Positions 9,199 through 17,675 of a DNA stretch of 64,000 bases are shown here, piece by piece. Position 1 is the first letter of the stretch. Each line of letters opens with the position of its first letter. The DNA is taken from NCBI GenBank assembly GCA_021325135.1, contig JAJPHT010000030.1, positions 128,001-192,000 on the forward strand, read 5' to 3'. The notes below the pieces were generated by a model. It made no database searches. It had not been told where the DNA came from and saw only the letters and a list, made by a program, of their open reading frames with translations. A program made the position numbers and the translations under genes. Source of the stretch: Pseudomonadota bacterium. Lineage in GTDB: Archaea > Thermoplasmatota > SW-10-69-26 > JACQPN01 > JAJPHT01.

Positions 9199-10853
9199 GT
9201 TGGGCTCCCCTGGGTGGGACTGGTGGTGCACGATGTGTCGGTGGGCGCGGCTTGGCAGTAGAGCTCGTGGAGCCATCCTCCCGCGCCTTCGGGGTGGAGC
9301 GTCCAGAAGTCCTCGCACGTCGTCGGCGGCGGGTCGCCGTTCTTCAGGGCGAAGGCTTGCAGGTCTTGGCAGGTGAGGGCCATCTTGCTGATGGTGGGGA
9401 ACTGGAACGCGCTCGTGTCCCAGAAAGGTCCGTTGACGAGGTGGGCGCTGGCGTCGATGGCGTAGTAGTGCGGCAGGCCAAGGTCCACGCTGCCGCTCGT
9501 GGGGTCGGCGTGGTAGTGGCTGAAGAGACTCAAGAGGTAGCTGAGTTGAGGAATGTGGAGGACCGTGATGCGCAGGATGGGCTTGCTGTACTCGGCTCCT
9601 GGCACGTAGCGGCCAATCGTCTTCCAGACGTTGTCGTAGATGAACGCCGTCAGGGCGTTGGTGGCGCCGATTGCGAGGTTCGAGACGAGGTAGAAGAGCC
9701 CGCCTCCAAGCCAGAGCACGCCGTTGAGGCCGCCAAGGAGGAGGTTGGCGAGGCTCGCGAAGAGCACCATGCCCGCCTGCAGGAGAAGCGCGAGGCTGCC
9801 GTACCACCCAATGAACCAGAACGTGCTCAAGAAGAGCAGGAGGACGACGATGAGGCGCAGCTTGAGGGCCCAGCGCGCCTCGCGCCAAAGCACGATGAGA
9901 CTGCCCAAGAGCGTGTCCTGGCGCTTGTAGGGGAGGGCGTCGCGCGCCGCGGCGAGCTGTTGTTCAAGCTCGATGCGTTCTTCGTCGTTCCGCGTCTGCG
10001 AGAGGCGCCGTTGGAGGCGTTGGATGCGCCACGAGACGAGGTTCTGCTTGGTGAGGAACTTGGCCGCGCCCCACACGGTGCGGGGGGCCAATGAGGCGCC
10101 TTGCACGGCGATGCGGCTCAAGAGGGGGCCCTTGCCGCGCGTCTTCTCGTGCTCGCGCATCGCGCGCAGCATGTTGGGGGTGAGGATTTGGACGCCGTAG
10201 CGCTCGGTGAGCTTGCGAAGAGCTGCTTCTTCGGTGGTCTGCGTATCCACGTCGTGGACGGTGAAGCCGAGGCCTTGCTTGATGCGGCTCGTCCATCGCC
10301 TCGCACGCCCCAGGGGCGTCGCGGAGGGGTGGGTCCGCAGCTTGGCCAAGCGACCCAAACCGTCCTTGGTCAATGGGTGGAACGTGGCGGGGTCTTGCGT
10401 CGCGTCAAGGCGGAGGCGAGACTTGGCGAGGCTCTCGCTGGTCGTGGCAGCGCTTACGCGACGGGGTTGGAGAAGGTCGCGCTCGATGGTGCGTTGGCGG
10501 CTCGCGCTGGTCTCCTTGCGGGCGGCCTGGACGATGCGGCGGACCTCGTCTTCACTGATGCCTTGGCCGTAGAGGCGGCGGACGAAGGCGGGGCTGCTCA
10601 AGGCGTAAGGGACGAAGTAGGGACGGGCGTCCTCGAGGCTCACGTGCCCTTCCAGCCCACTCGCGGTGATTTCGCGGGTGACGTAGTCGAGGGTCTCCTC
10701 GACGTCGCGCAATCGGCCCGCCTCTTGGGCGGCTTCGAAGACTTGCTCGTAATTCTCCAGGATCCGGGCCTTCTGGTAGAGGGCCTCGGCCTCGTTGGGC
10801 CGGCCGGCCAGGAAGCGGCGACGGATCTGGTCGGCCAGGCGCGAGTCGCTCAG
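9195..10853 (-). CDS. Membrane protein paralogue 3: basic helical cytoplasmic domain plus amphipathic membrane domain (~552 aa, probable CTG start)
   Basis: Protein-like sequence begins at LSDSRLADQIRRR. CTG at 10851-10853 overlaps the upstream TGA and follows a GGGGGTGG RBS-like motif. TM/amphipathic block near the C-terminus. Confidence 0.8.
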   Translation of the reverse strand: MSDSRLADQIRRRFLAGRPNEAEALYQKARILENYEQVFEAAQEAGRLRDVEETLDYVTREITASGLEGHVSLEDARPYFVPYALSSPAFVRRLYGQGISEDEVRRIVQAARKETSASRQRTIERDLLQPRRVSAATTSESLAKSRLRLDATQDPATFHPLTKDGLGRLAKLRTHPSATPLGRARRWTSRIKQGLGFTVHDVDTQTTEEAALRKLTERYGVQILTPNMLRAMREHEKTRGKGPLLSRIAVQGASLAPRTVWGAAKFLTKQNLVSWRIQRLQRRLSQTRNDEERIELEQQLAAARDALPYKRQDTLLGSLIVLWREARWALKLRLIVVLLLFLSTFWFIGWYGSLALLLQAGMVLFASLANLLLGGLNGVLWLGGGLFYLVSNLAIGATNALTAFIYDNVWKTIGRYVPGAEYSKPILRITVLHIPQLSYLLSLFSHYHADPTSGSVDLGLPHYYAIDASAHLVNGPFWDTSAFQFPTISKMALTCQDLQAFALKNGDPPPTTCEDFWTLHPEGAGGWLHELYCQAAPTDTSCTTSPTQGSPT

Positions 10854-11332
10854 CGTCCCACCCCCAAGAAGCGCAGGAAGCCGCGCAGGCCGTCTTGGAC
10901 GCGCGCTCGGACGGAGCGCGCGCGGGGGGCGCGTTCGAGGCGGTGGAAGAGGGGCAGGGTCTCGCGGTAGGCTCGTCCTTGGGGAGTCCGGTAGGGTAGA
11001 CGTGCGAGGTGGCGCTTCTCGTCGTGCATGGCGCGCCGGTGGCCTTGCAGGACTGTCTTGCCCTTCACGACCCAGGCAATCTCGGTGAACTCGTGGTGGA
11101 GCGCCTCTTTCTTGAGCGGCACGGGCTCGCCCAGGAAAAGGTGGATCGTGCCGCGCAGGCCGCGCCTGGTGCTGCCTCGTCCCACCCAGCCGGCGTAGTC
11201 GTCCGGGTAGGCTTTGTGGGGCGTGTGGACGACGCGGATGTGGCGGGGCAGTTTGATGCGCTGCTCGCGCTCGACTTGGGCGCGCACGTCGCGGATTTCT
11301 TGGCGCGTGAGGGCGCGGTAGGCGTCCTTCAT
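10850..11332 (-). CDS. Small basic putative metallopeptidase-like protein (HExxE...H)
   Basis: GTIHLF...KKEALHHEFTEIAWVVKGKTVLQGHRRAMHDE: zincin-like strand and helix with HExxE and a downstream His; coupled to both neighbours by 4-bp overlaps. Confidence 0.7.
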   Translation of the reverse strand: MKDAYRALTRQEIRDVRAQVEREQRIKLPRHIRVVHTPHKAYPDDYAGWVGRGSTRRGLRGTIHLFLGEPVPLKKEALHHEFTEIAWVVKGKTVLQGHRRAMHDEKRHLARLPYRTPQGRAYRETLPLFHRLERAPRARSVRARVQDGLRGFLRFLGVGR

Positions 11333-14181
11333 GAGGCGGGGCCTCCGTCGAAGGTGGGCAGGCTCGTGTTGAGGACGGCTTGCTCAGCGGCATCGGCCAA
11401 GGCGCGGCCGGGGCCCTCGAGGATGCGCGTCGTGCCGGTGCGGAACAGGTCGGCCGCTTGCTTGTAGAAGTTCGAGTCCACGAGGTGGACCTGCGCGAAG
11501 AAGGCGGGCAAGGCGAGCAGCGTGATGCCCGTGGCGATGAGCAGGCGCTTCCACCAGTCGTCGTCCTCCATCAAGAGAAAAGGCCAGACGAGGACCAAGA
11601 GGAGGGCGGCAGCGAGGATCCACGCGGCATTCACGGTGCTGAGGAAGTCGAGCAGGGCGCTGGCGATGCTGTTGTTGTGGAAGATGGTCGGGTAGAAGAA
11701 GCGCAGGTCGATGAGTGGCGTGGCCTTCGCGGTCGCCACGCCGAAGTGGAAGTGGAGGCTCTGGTAGGCGCAGTCGGGCTGGTTGATGCCCGTCTCGCAG
11801 AGGCCCAAGGCGCCGAAGAAGTAGGCCGCACCCTTGTCGAGGGCGCCCTCGATGGCGCTGCCCAGGATGTTGAGGAAGCCCAGGAAGCCGAAGAGGACGA
11901 GGCTGAAGACCTCGACGAGGATCTCGTAGATGATGTTGATGATGAACGCCACGACGCTTGCCAGCATCCAACCCGCGAGTTCGCCCACGCCCAGGGGAAC
12001 CATGAGGGGGCCTAGCGTCATGGCGAGGCTGAGCGTCCACCGGACTGGGTCGCTGAAGGTGTACCAGAGTTCCCACGCGCTGCTGCGCGCGATCCGTTGA
12101 GCCTTCTTGGCTTCTCGGGCTTGGCGTTGGACGAGCTTGGCTTGGCGGCGCCAGAGCCACGAGAAGCCCGCGACTTTCAGCGAGTCGGCGACGTGGTCGG
12201 TGGCGGCCTCGAATCCAGTGTTGGAGCGCACGCTCTTCAGGCCAGTGCGGACTGGGCGCGCGATGCTCCGATCGAAGGCGATGCCGGTCTTGCGGGCCGT
12301 GAGCTTCGTGCGCGTCGCGATTCCACGCGCCCACCCGAAGGGTCCGCGAGGGTTGAGGCCGCCCGCGTCATAGTCGTTCGTGGGGGATTCGTCCGCGAGG
12401 ATTCGTTCCATGGCGCGGATTTCGCCCTTCGTCTTGCGGATGTCATCGAGCACGGTTTGCCGCTCGACACCGCTCGTGCGGCTCGCGAGCTTCTCGTATT
12501 CATGGAGGAGATCTTGGCGGGAGCGGAGACGCGATTCGAGTTCGTCATGTTTGGCAATGCGCGAGCGCATTCGGGGCAGGTTGCGCAGGAAGGCCGTGGC
12601 GTTGGCTCGGGCGTCGGGGTCCGTGGAGGTGCGCAGCGTCTTGCGCGCGTCTCGCTCGCCTTCGACCATGTCTTCGTAGGTCGTGATTGTCTCGCCACGC
12701 TGCCTCTCGCGCTCTGCCGCGCGCTCCTTGGCCTGCTGTGTGGCGCGCTTCGTCTCGATCGCAGCTACCTTCTTCAGGCTCTGGAGCTGCTTGCGGTTCT
12801 GCTCCAATTCTCGAAGGCGGTCGTGGACTTCCCCGAGGAGTTCGTCGCGCTCAGGGAGATTGAGGCGCCGGCCCTGCTCATCGAGACTCTTGGCTTTGGT
12901 GCTCAGCTTGGCGATGTGCCCCTCCAAGTCGCGCAGGTCACGCTCCAAGGCTTCGAGCTCGGGTTCCGTCTTGGGCGCGCGCTGGAGGGCTTGGGCAACG
13001 TGAGCGCTGAGAGTCTTGGCTTCTTGGCCCAGTTGAGCCCGGAACGCGGCGACGGTGCGGTTGTAGGCGCTCTTCTTGGCTGGTTCGATTTGGGCCTTGA
13101 GGAGGTTGACGTAGTCGCCGGCTTCAGCCAGCTTGACGAGGCGCGTGCGCAATCGGCGCGCTTCGAGTTGGTTGCGTGCAGCGAGAGCTTGCGCGGCCAC
13201 GTCTCGGATCTCGACGCCCAAGGCGGTGTGGAGTTGTTCGAGCCGACCTAGGTTGATGTCGTCCCCTTGCGTGCCGAGGATGCTCTCTCGGATGGGAGCC
13301 CCCCAGACGGCTTGGGCCGTGTTGAGCCAGTCTTGGTTGGCCTTGTTCTGGAAAACGTCGCGATCGAGGGCTTCGCGCAGGTCATCGAGGTCGCGCGCGC
13401 TCTTGATGCGAACTTGGTTGGGGTGGGCGCGCTTCCATGCGATGTGGGCGAAGGCGTGACTCTGCCGCACTTGGGGTGGGACGCTCGTGGCGACGCTGGT
13501 GCCCGTGAGGCCAGCACGTGCTCCGGGCCGCGTGGACGACGGATTGGCCGGGGTGGCTGCGTCGAGGGTGATGCGGCGGTTCTGGGCGAAGACTTGGAGG
13601 CGCCGGATCAGGTCGCGAGCGCGGGCGGGCCGATTGTCGCTCGCCTCAAGGGCGCGCAGCTCCTTGAGTGTCCTCTCCAGTTGGGGCTGGAGGGAAGGAC
13701 CCGCGGCTTGGGTCTTGCCCCACCGTTCGAGGTCGTGCGTGATGCGCTCGTAGCTCGTGGTGAGCCAGTCGTCGATGGCCTCGGGCTGCTCGGCCAAGAG
13801 GTTGAGCGCGTTCTTGACGTGGGCCAAGCCGGCCTTGACGACGTGCTCGCTGGCGCCGTAGGACTCTCCTGCGCGCCGAATTTCCTCCGCGCTGGTTTCG
13901 AGATCCTGCCTGAGCCTCTCTCGGTCCGCGGTGCTCAATCCGTGCGCGCGCTTGAGCGTGTCCGTGAGGGTTTGGACGTGACGTTCATGCCGATCGACGA
14001 AGATGTTCGCCAGGTAGTTGCCCTGCGGGCGTGCGGCGGGATCCTTGGCTCGCCACTCGCGGGAGGACTCTTCCAGGCGGCGTTCCCAGCCTTGGTCGGG
14101 CTCTTCGAAGAGCCGCATGCTGCCGCGAAAGAAGAAGCGTCGCAAGCGGCCCAAGCCCGCGTTGGGCTTCTGCTTCGCCAC
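11329..14181 (-). CDS. Membrane protein paralogue 2: ~700-aa coiled-coil cytoplasmic domain plus C-terminal membrane domain
   Basis: Long heptad-rich E/R/L/A region (ELEALERDLRDLEGHIAKL...), then WTLSLAMTLGPLMVPLGVGELAGW...AFIIN and further TMs. Confidence 0.9.
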   Translation of the reverse strand: MAKQKPNAGLGRLRRFFFRGSMRLFEEPDQGWERRLEESSREWRAKDPAARPQGNYLANIFVDRHERHVQTLTDTLKRAHGLSTADRERLRQDLETSAEEIRRAGESYGASEHVVKAGLAHVKNALNLLAEQPEAIDDWLTTSYERITHDLERWGKTQAAGPSLQPQLERTLKELRALEASDNRPARARDLIRRLQVFAQNRRITLDAATPANPSSTRPGARAGLTGTSVATSVPPQVRQSHAFAHIAWKRAHPNQVRIKSARDLDDLREALDRDVFQNKANQDWLNTAQAVWGAPIRESILGTQGDDINLGRLEQLHTALGVEIRDVAAQALAARNQLEARRLRTRLVKLAEAGDYVNLLKAQIEPAKKSAYNRTVAAFRAQLGQEAKTLSAHVAQALQRAPKTEPELEALERDLRDLEGHIAKLSTKAKSLDEQGRRLNLPERDELLGEVHDRLRELEQNRKQLQSLKKVAAIETKRATQQAKERAAERERQRGETITTYEDMVEGERDARKTLRTSTDPDARANATAFLRNLPRMRSRIAKHDELESRLRSRQDLLHEYEKLASRTSGVERQTVLDDIRKTKGEIRAMERILADESPTNDYDAGGLNPRGPFGWARGIATRTKLTARKTGIAFDRSIARPVRTGLKSVRSNTGFEAATDHVADSLKVAGFSWLWRRQAKLVQRQAREAKKAQRIARSSAWELWYTFSDPVRWTLSLAMTLGPLMVPLGVGELAGWMLASVVAFIINIIYEILVEVFSLVLFGFLGFLNILGSAIEGALDKGAAYFFGALGLCETGINQPDCAYQSLHFHFGVATAKATPLIDLRFFYPTIFHNNSIASALLDFLSTVNAAWILAAALLLVLVWPFLLMEDDDWWKRLLIATGITLLALPAFFAQVHLVDSNFYKQAADLFRTGTTRILEGPGRALADAAEQAVLNTSLPTFDGGPAS

Positions 14182-16653
14182 TCACGCGCCTCCCGCGCAC
14201 TGCGCTTGCAGGCTGGTCGCGTCTGCGGCCTGGCTGAGCGCGGCGCGCACGCCGACGAAGTTCGCGGGGTCCAAGGCGTGGGCCCAGCCCGTCTTGACGA
14301 GGCCCGCGACGGCATCGAGTCCCAAGGCGAGCTCGTGGACCGTGCCCGCGAGCGCGTGGGCGATGGGCGTGACGCCGGCGTTGACGCTCTTGAAGAAGTC
14401 CAAGGCGCCCGTGAGGCTCATCATGCTGATGCCTTGGTAGACGAGGCCCACGGCGAGCAAGCCCGCCACGGCCACGCCGACGCCCAAGGCGAGGGCGAAG
14501 GGGCCGCTCATGCTCAGGCGCCAGATGGCGAAGAGACACCCTCCACCCAGGACGAGGACGGAGAGAAGGAGGGCCCAGAGGGGGAGGCCCACGCCGTCGC
14601 TCAGGCCGGGCGTGACCATGATGAAGACGCCCAGGAGCGTCATGCTCAGGCTCGTGCCGCGGCTGACGAAGTAGGCCGGCACGCCCACGAAGAGGATGAC
14701 GCTGGCACCCACGGCGAAGGCGCCATTCGTGCCGACCCAGGCGCTGAAGGCCGTGAGCCACTCGCTGAGGATGTGGAGGCCCACGCTTCCGAGGCTGTCC
14801 GTGTTGACGCAATCGGGAAACCACGTGTTCGGGTCGATCACGTTCGTAATCTTCAGGTCAAACGGAATCGGCGAGTAGGAGGGGAGCGTCTGGTCGTTGG
14901 GGTTGCTCGTGGGGAAGGCCTGGTGGACCTGGTCCAGGAAGCCTTGCAGGCCCGTCTGCGTCGTGAAGCCCAAGGCGTTGATGCTGTTGATCACGCCGGT
15001 GGCGACGAGGTTGAGCATGGTCAGGCCGATGAGGTAGGCGCCATTGATGGCGAAGGCGGTGAAGCCGAAGACGATCCAGCCCGCGTACTGGAACGCGCCC
15101 AGGGGCAGGAAGAGGATACTGCCCAGGCCGATGGTGAGCAGGAGGATGAGGCGGATGGCTTTCCCGCTCTGGAAGAGGGCCTCCCAGAAGGTGGCCGCGA
15201 GGCCGTTGCGCGCCTTGACCTCGTGCGTGCGAAAGCTCAAGGCGCGCTTCGTGCCGGCGATCTCGCGCGCCTCGCGCACGTACCGGTGGCTCTCCGAGTC
15301 GCGCACCTGCTTGACCAAGGCGAAGGGGCGGCCCACGGTGTCGCGGAAGCTGGCCTTGAAATCCCCCCACAACTGGGTGAGCTTGCCCGGCACGCGGACG
15401 TGTTCGATCTGTCCCGAAGAGGGGCTGCGCACTTGTTGGGTGGTGGTGAGGAGGCCGCCCTTCCGCCGGCGGAAGGGATCCATGGCCTCGCCGAAGAGCT
15501 TCGGCGGGCGTCCCGGGCCTCGCTTGGCGTCTTGGCTGGGTGGGATGGGGAAATACTTGCGCAGGCGTTCGATTTTCTCCGCGCCCACGTGGCCTAGGCC
15601 CTTGAGCCGGTCTTCGTTGACGCGGCCGCTGCGCAAGTCCTCCAGCGTGATGCCGGCCTCGATCAGTCGGCGGACGCTCTTGTCCCCCAAGAGGCCGGGC
15701 TTGGCGAGGCTCCAGATGTCCTGGATGTCGGTCTCCAAGCTCTCGTTGAGCTTCTTGTCAACGCGTTGTCGAGCCGCGGCGTCGCGCTTGGGCTGCGCTG
15801 CGAGCAATTCTTCCTGCGTCATGCGCTTGGCCGCTTGGGCTGGAATTCCTTTCCAGGCGGCCACCGCGCGCAGGAACTCCTCCTTGGTGGCGAGCGTTTG
15901 GCCCGTGCGCGCCTCCCACTCCCGCCGCACCTCCGCGGGAACCTCGCCCAGGTAGGCGTTGTAGAAACGAGTCGCGCCTCCTTCTTGGCGGACCTCCTCG
16001 CGCTGCGCACCGCTCAAGAACGTCTCTTCGATGGCGCGCATGTCCACGCGGCCGGGGCGCACGCTGGCCTGCTGCATGAGGGCCGCCGCGAGGCGCTTCT
16101 TGTCCGCCTGCGAGAGCTCGCCCAAGAGCACGCCGCGCGCCTTGAGCCACTTCTGAAGGGCCGGGCCTGAGCGCCACGCTTCTCCCGCCTCGAGTCCCTC
16201 GAAGATTGCGTCGAGCGCGCGCTTCGATTCGGGGTTCGGGCTGATGATCTGGTAGGGGCTCTGGTTGTTGAGGCCGAAGAGGCCCTCGTCGCGGTGCTGC
16301 TTGGTGAGGCGGTATTTTTCGGGGACCCACTTGACGGGCTTGCCGATCATGAAGGCCGTCCAATCGACGCGATGACCATTCTGGTCGGTGACGTGCTCCC
16401 CGCGGCGGTAGCGCTCGGCGTAGGATTCGTCGAGGAAGAAGCGGGTCTCGTTGGTGACTGGATCGATGACGGCGGCGACGTTGCGGATGTCGATGCGGCC
16501 TGCAGCGCCGGGATCGTCGCGCGTGGCCGCGCGGAGTTGGGCTGCGACTTGGTCGGCGAGGGTGGGATCGTTCTTCCAGTCGGCGCGGTCGATCACGCTG
16601 GTGGCGTTGTCGTAGGCCACTTTCTTGGGCCCGCGCCGGCGGAAGAGGGGCAT
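14182..16653 (-). CDS. Membrane protein paralogue 1: cytoplasmic domain with tandem helix-hairpin-helix motifs plus C-terminal membrane domain
   Basis: PGLLGDKSVRRLIEAGITLEDLRSGRVNEDRLKGLGHVGAEKIERL fits (HhH)2; C-terminal LILLLTIGLGSILFLPLGAFQYAGW...AFAIN and several more TMs. Confidence 0.9.
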   Translation of the reverse strand: MPLFRRRGPKKVAYDNATSVIDRADWKNDPTLADQVAAQLRAATRDDPGAAGRIDIRNVAAVIDPVTNETRFFLDESYAERYRRGEHVTDQNGHRVDWTAFMIGKPVKWVPEKYRLTKQHRDEGLFGLNNQSPYQIISPNPESKRALDAIFEGLEAGEAWRSGPALQKWLKARGVLLGELSQADKKRLAAALMQQASVRPGRVDMRAIEETFLSGAQREEVRQEGGATRFYNAYLGEVPAEVRREWEARTGQTLATKEEFLRAVAAWKGIPAQAAKRMTQEELLAAQPKRDAAARQRVDKKLNESLETDIQDIWSLAKPGLLGDKSVRRLIEAGITLEDLRSGRVNEDRLKGLGHVGAEKIERLRKYFPIPPSQDAKRGPGRPPKLFGEAMDPFRRRKGGLLTTTQQVRSPSSGQIEHVRVPGKLTQLWGDFKASFRDTVGRPFALVKQVRDSESHRYVREAREIAGTKRALSFRTHEVKARNGLAATFWEALFQSGKAIRLILLLTIGLGSILFLPLGAFQYAGWIVFGFTAFAINGAYLIGLTMLNLVATGVINSINALGFTTQTGLQGFLDQVHQAFPTSNPNDQTLPSYSPIPFDLKITNVIDPNTWFPDCVNTDSLGSVGLHILSEWLTAFSAWVGTNGAFAVGASVILFVGVPAYFVSRGTSLSMTLLGVFIMVTPGLSDGVGLPLWALLLSVLVLGGGCLFAIWRLSMSGPFALALGVGVAVAGLLAVGLVYQGISMMSLTGALDFFKSVNAGVTPIAHALAGTVHELALGLDAVAGLVKTGWAHALDPANFVGVRAALSQAADATSLQAQCAGGA

Positions 16654-16656
16654 GGC

Positions 16657-17274
16657 TCACCGCCTCTTGGGCGCGGTGCGTTTCGGTCTTGCGCGTCGGA
16701 GGTTCCCGTGCATCCACTTGCGGCCCGCGCGGGCGTGTGTGCGGAGGCGTTCGAGGTGGGGACGAGCGTGCTGCTTGGTGTGGTGCCAGAGCCACTTGCT
16801 GGCGCGGAACTCGTAGCAGGAGTCCGCACCCATCAGGAGCAGGCTCCAGAAGAGGCCGACGACGAAGCCCCAAATGACGAGCGTCAGGGTGCCCTTGGCC
16901 ATGGCCAATTCGAAGCTCAGGGCGAGGGCGACGGCGCTGAGGAAGAGCAGCGCGTAGGCGGTCGTGGTCTTGCTCCAGCGCGCATTGGGAGGGAGGTGGC
17001 GGGCGTGGGTTTCGTAGTAGGCCACGCAGAGGGCGGGCGTGGTCCAGAAGTACATCACGAGCCACACGGCTGGATTCCCAGGTTCGAGCAGGACGTGCCA
17101 GGCGCCCGCGCCCACGAAGATGAGCGTGATGAGGAGTCCGATGCGGACGCCCACGTGGAGGCGCCGGCGTTCTTCAGCGCGATGCGTCGTCTTGGCTCGC
17201 CAGGTGGTAAGCTCAGTGGGAATGAAGTGGCGCAGGAGCCCTTGGCGTGGCTGGGGCTTGGGTGAGTTGGCCAT
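16657..17274 (-). CDS. Hypothetical 4-TM membrane protein with basic termini
   Basis: 205-aa ORF with four hydrophobic segments and Arg/His-rich ends; GAGGT RBS upstream. Confidence 0.8.
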   Translation of the reverse strand: MANSPKPQPRQGLLRHFIPTELTTWRAKTTHRAEERRRLHVGVRIGLLITLIFVGAGAWHVLLEPGNPAVWLVMYFWTTPALCVAYYETHARHLPPNARWSKTTTAYALLFLSAVALALSFELAMAKGTLTLVIWGFVVGLFWSLLLMGADSCYEFRASKWLWHHTKQHARPHLERLRTHARAGRKWMHGNLRRARPKRTAPKRR

Positions 17275-17318
17275 GGGGAGGACCTCGGGCGTGCGCGGGA
17301 CGAATGAGAACAGGGGGT

Positions 17319-17346
17319 GCCCGCGAGGCGCGGAAGCCTCGCGGGC
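17319..17346 (-). terminator. Perfect 11-bp stem hairpin, possible terminator/attenuator or mRNA stabiliser
   Basis: GCCCGCGAGGC-GCGGAA-GCCTCGCGGGC, about 10 bp after the stop of the 100-aa gene, followed on the minus strand by a pyrimidine-rich run. Confidence 0.5.
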
Positions 17347-17355
17347 GGGGTGTGT

Positions 17356-17658
17356 TCAGCCGGGGATGTTGCCGGCCTTGATGGCGCCGGTGACGAGGGC
17401 GAGGCCTGCGATGCCCCAGGCGGCCAGGTCGATCAGGGCGGCGGCCTTCTGGAAGGGATTGCCTGCCCATTCCCAGTCGATGATGGCGCTGTAGGCGAGG
17501 TAGTGCGTGTCCACGTACCAGCCCAGCATGAAGCCCAGGAGCACGGGGACTCCGAGGATCACGAGGAGGCCCGAGCGGCCCCAGTGGTTGGTCTTGCGGC
17601 TCATGACGAGGACGCCGAAGCCGGCGCCGATGATGATGCTGAAGATGGGGAAGAACAT
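17356..17658 (-). CDS. Small hydrophobic 3-TM protein (100 aa), candidate major structural (matrix/pilin-like) subunit
   Basis: ATG at 17658 preceded by a near-perfect archaeal RBS, GAGGTGA; MFFPIFSIIIGAGFGVLVM... with three hydrophobic helices. Confidence 0.8.
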   Translation of the reverse strand: MFFPIFSIIIGAGFGVLVMSRKTNHWGRSGLLVILGVPVLLGFMLGWYVDTHYLAYSAIIDWEWAGNPFQKAAALIDLAAWGIAGLALVTGAIKAGNIPG

Positions 17659-17675
17659 CGTGTCACCTCGTTGGT

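Noticed and set aside
11329-16653. Tape-measure proteins of a tailed provirus
   Set aside because: Amphipathic helices are similar, but there are three paralogues with true TM bundles and no tail, capsid, portal or terminase genes nearby.
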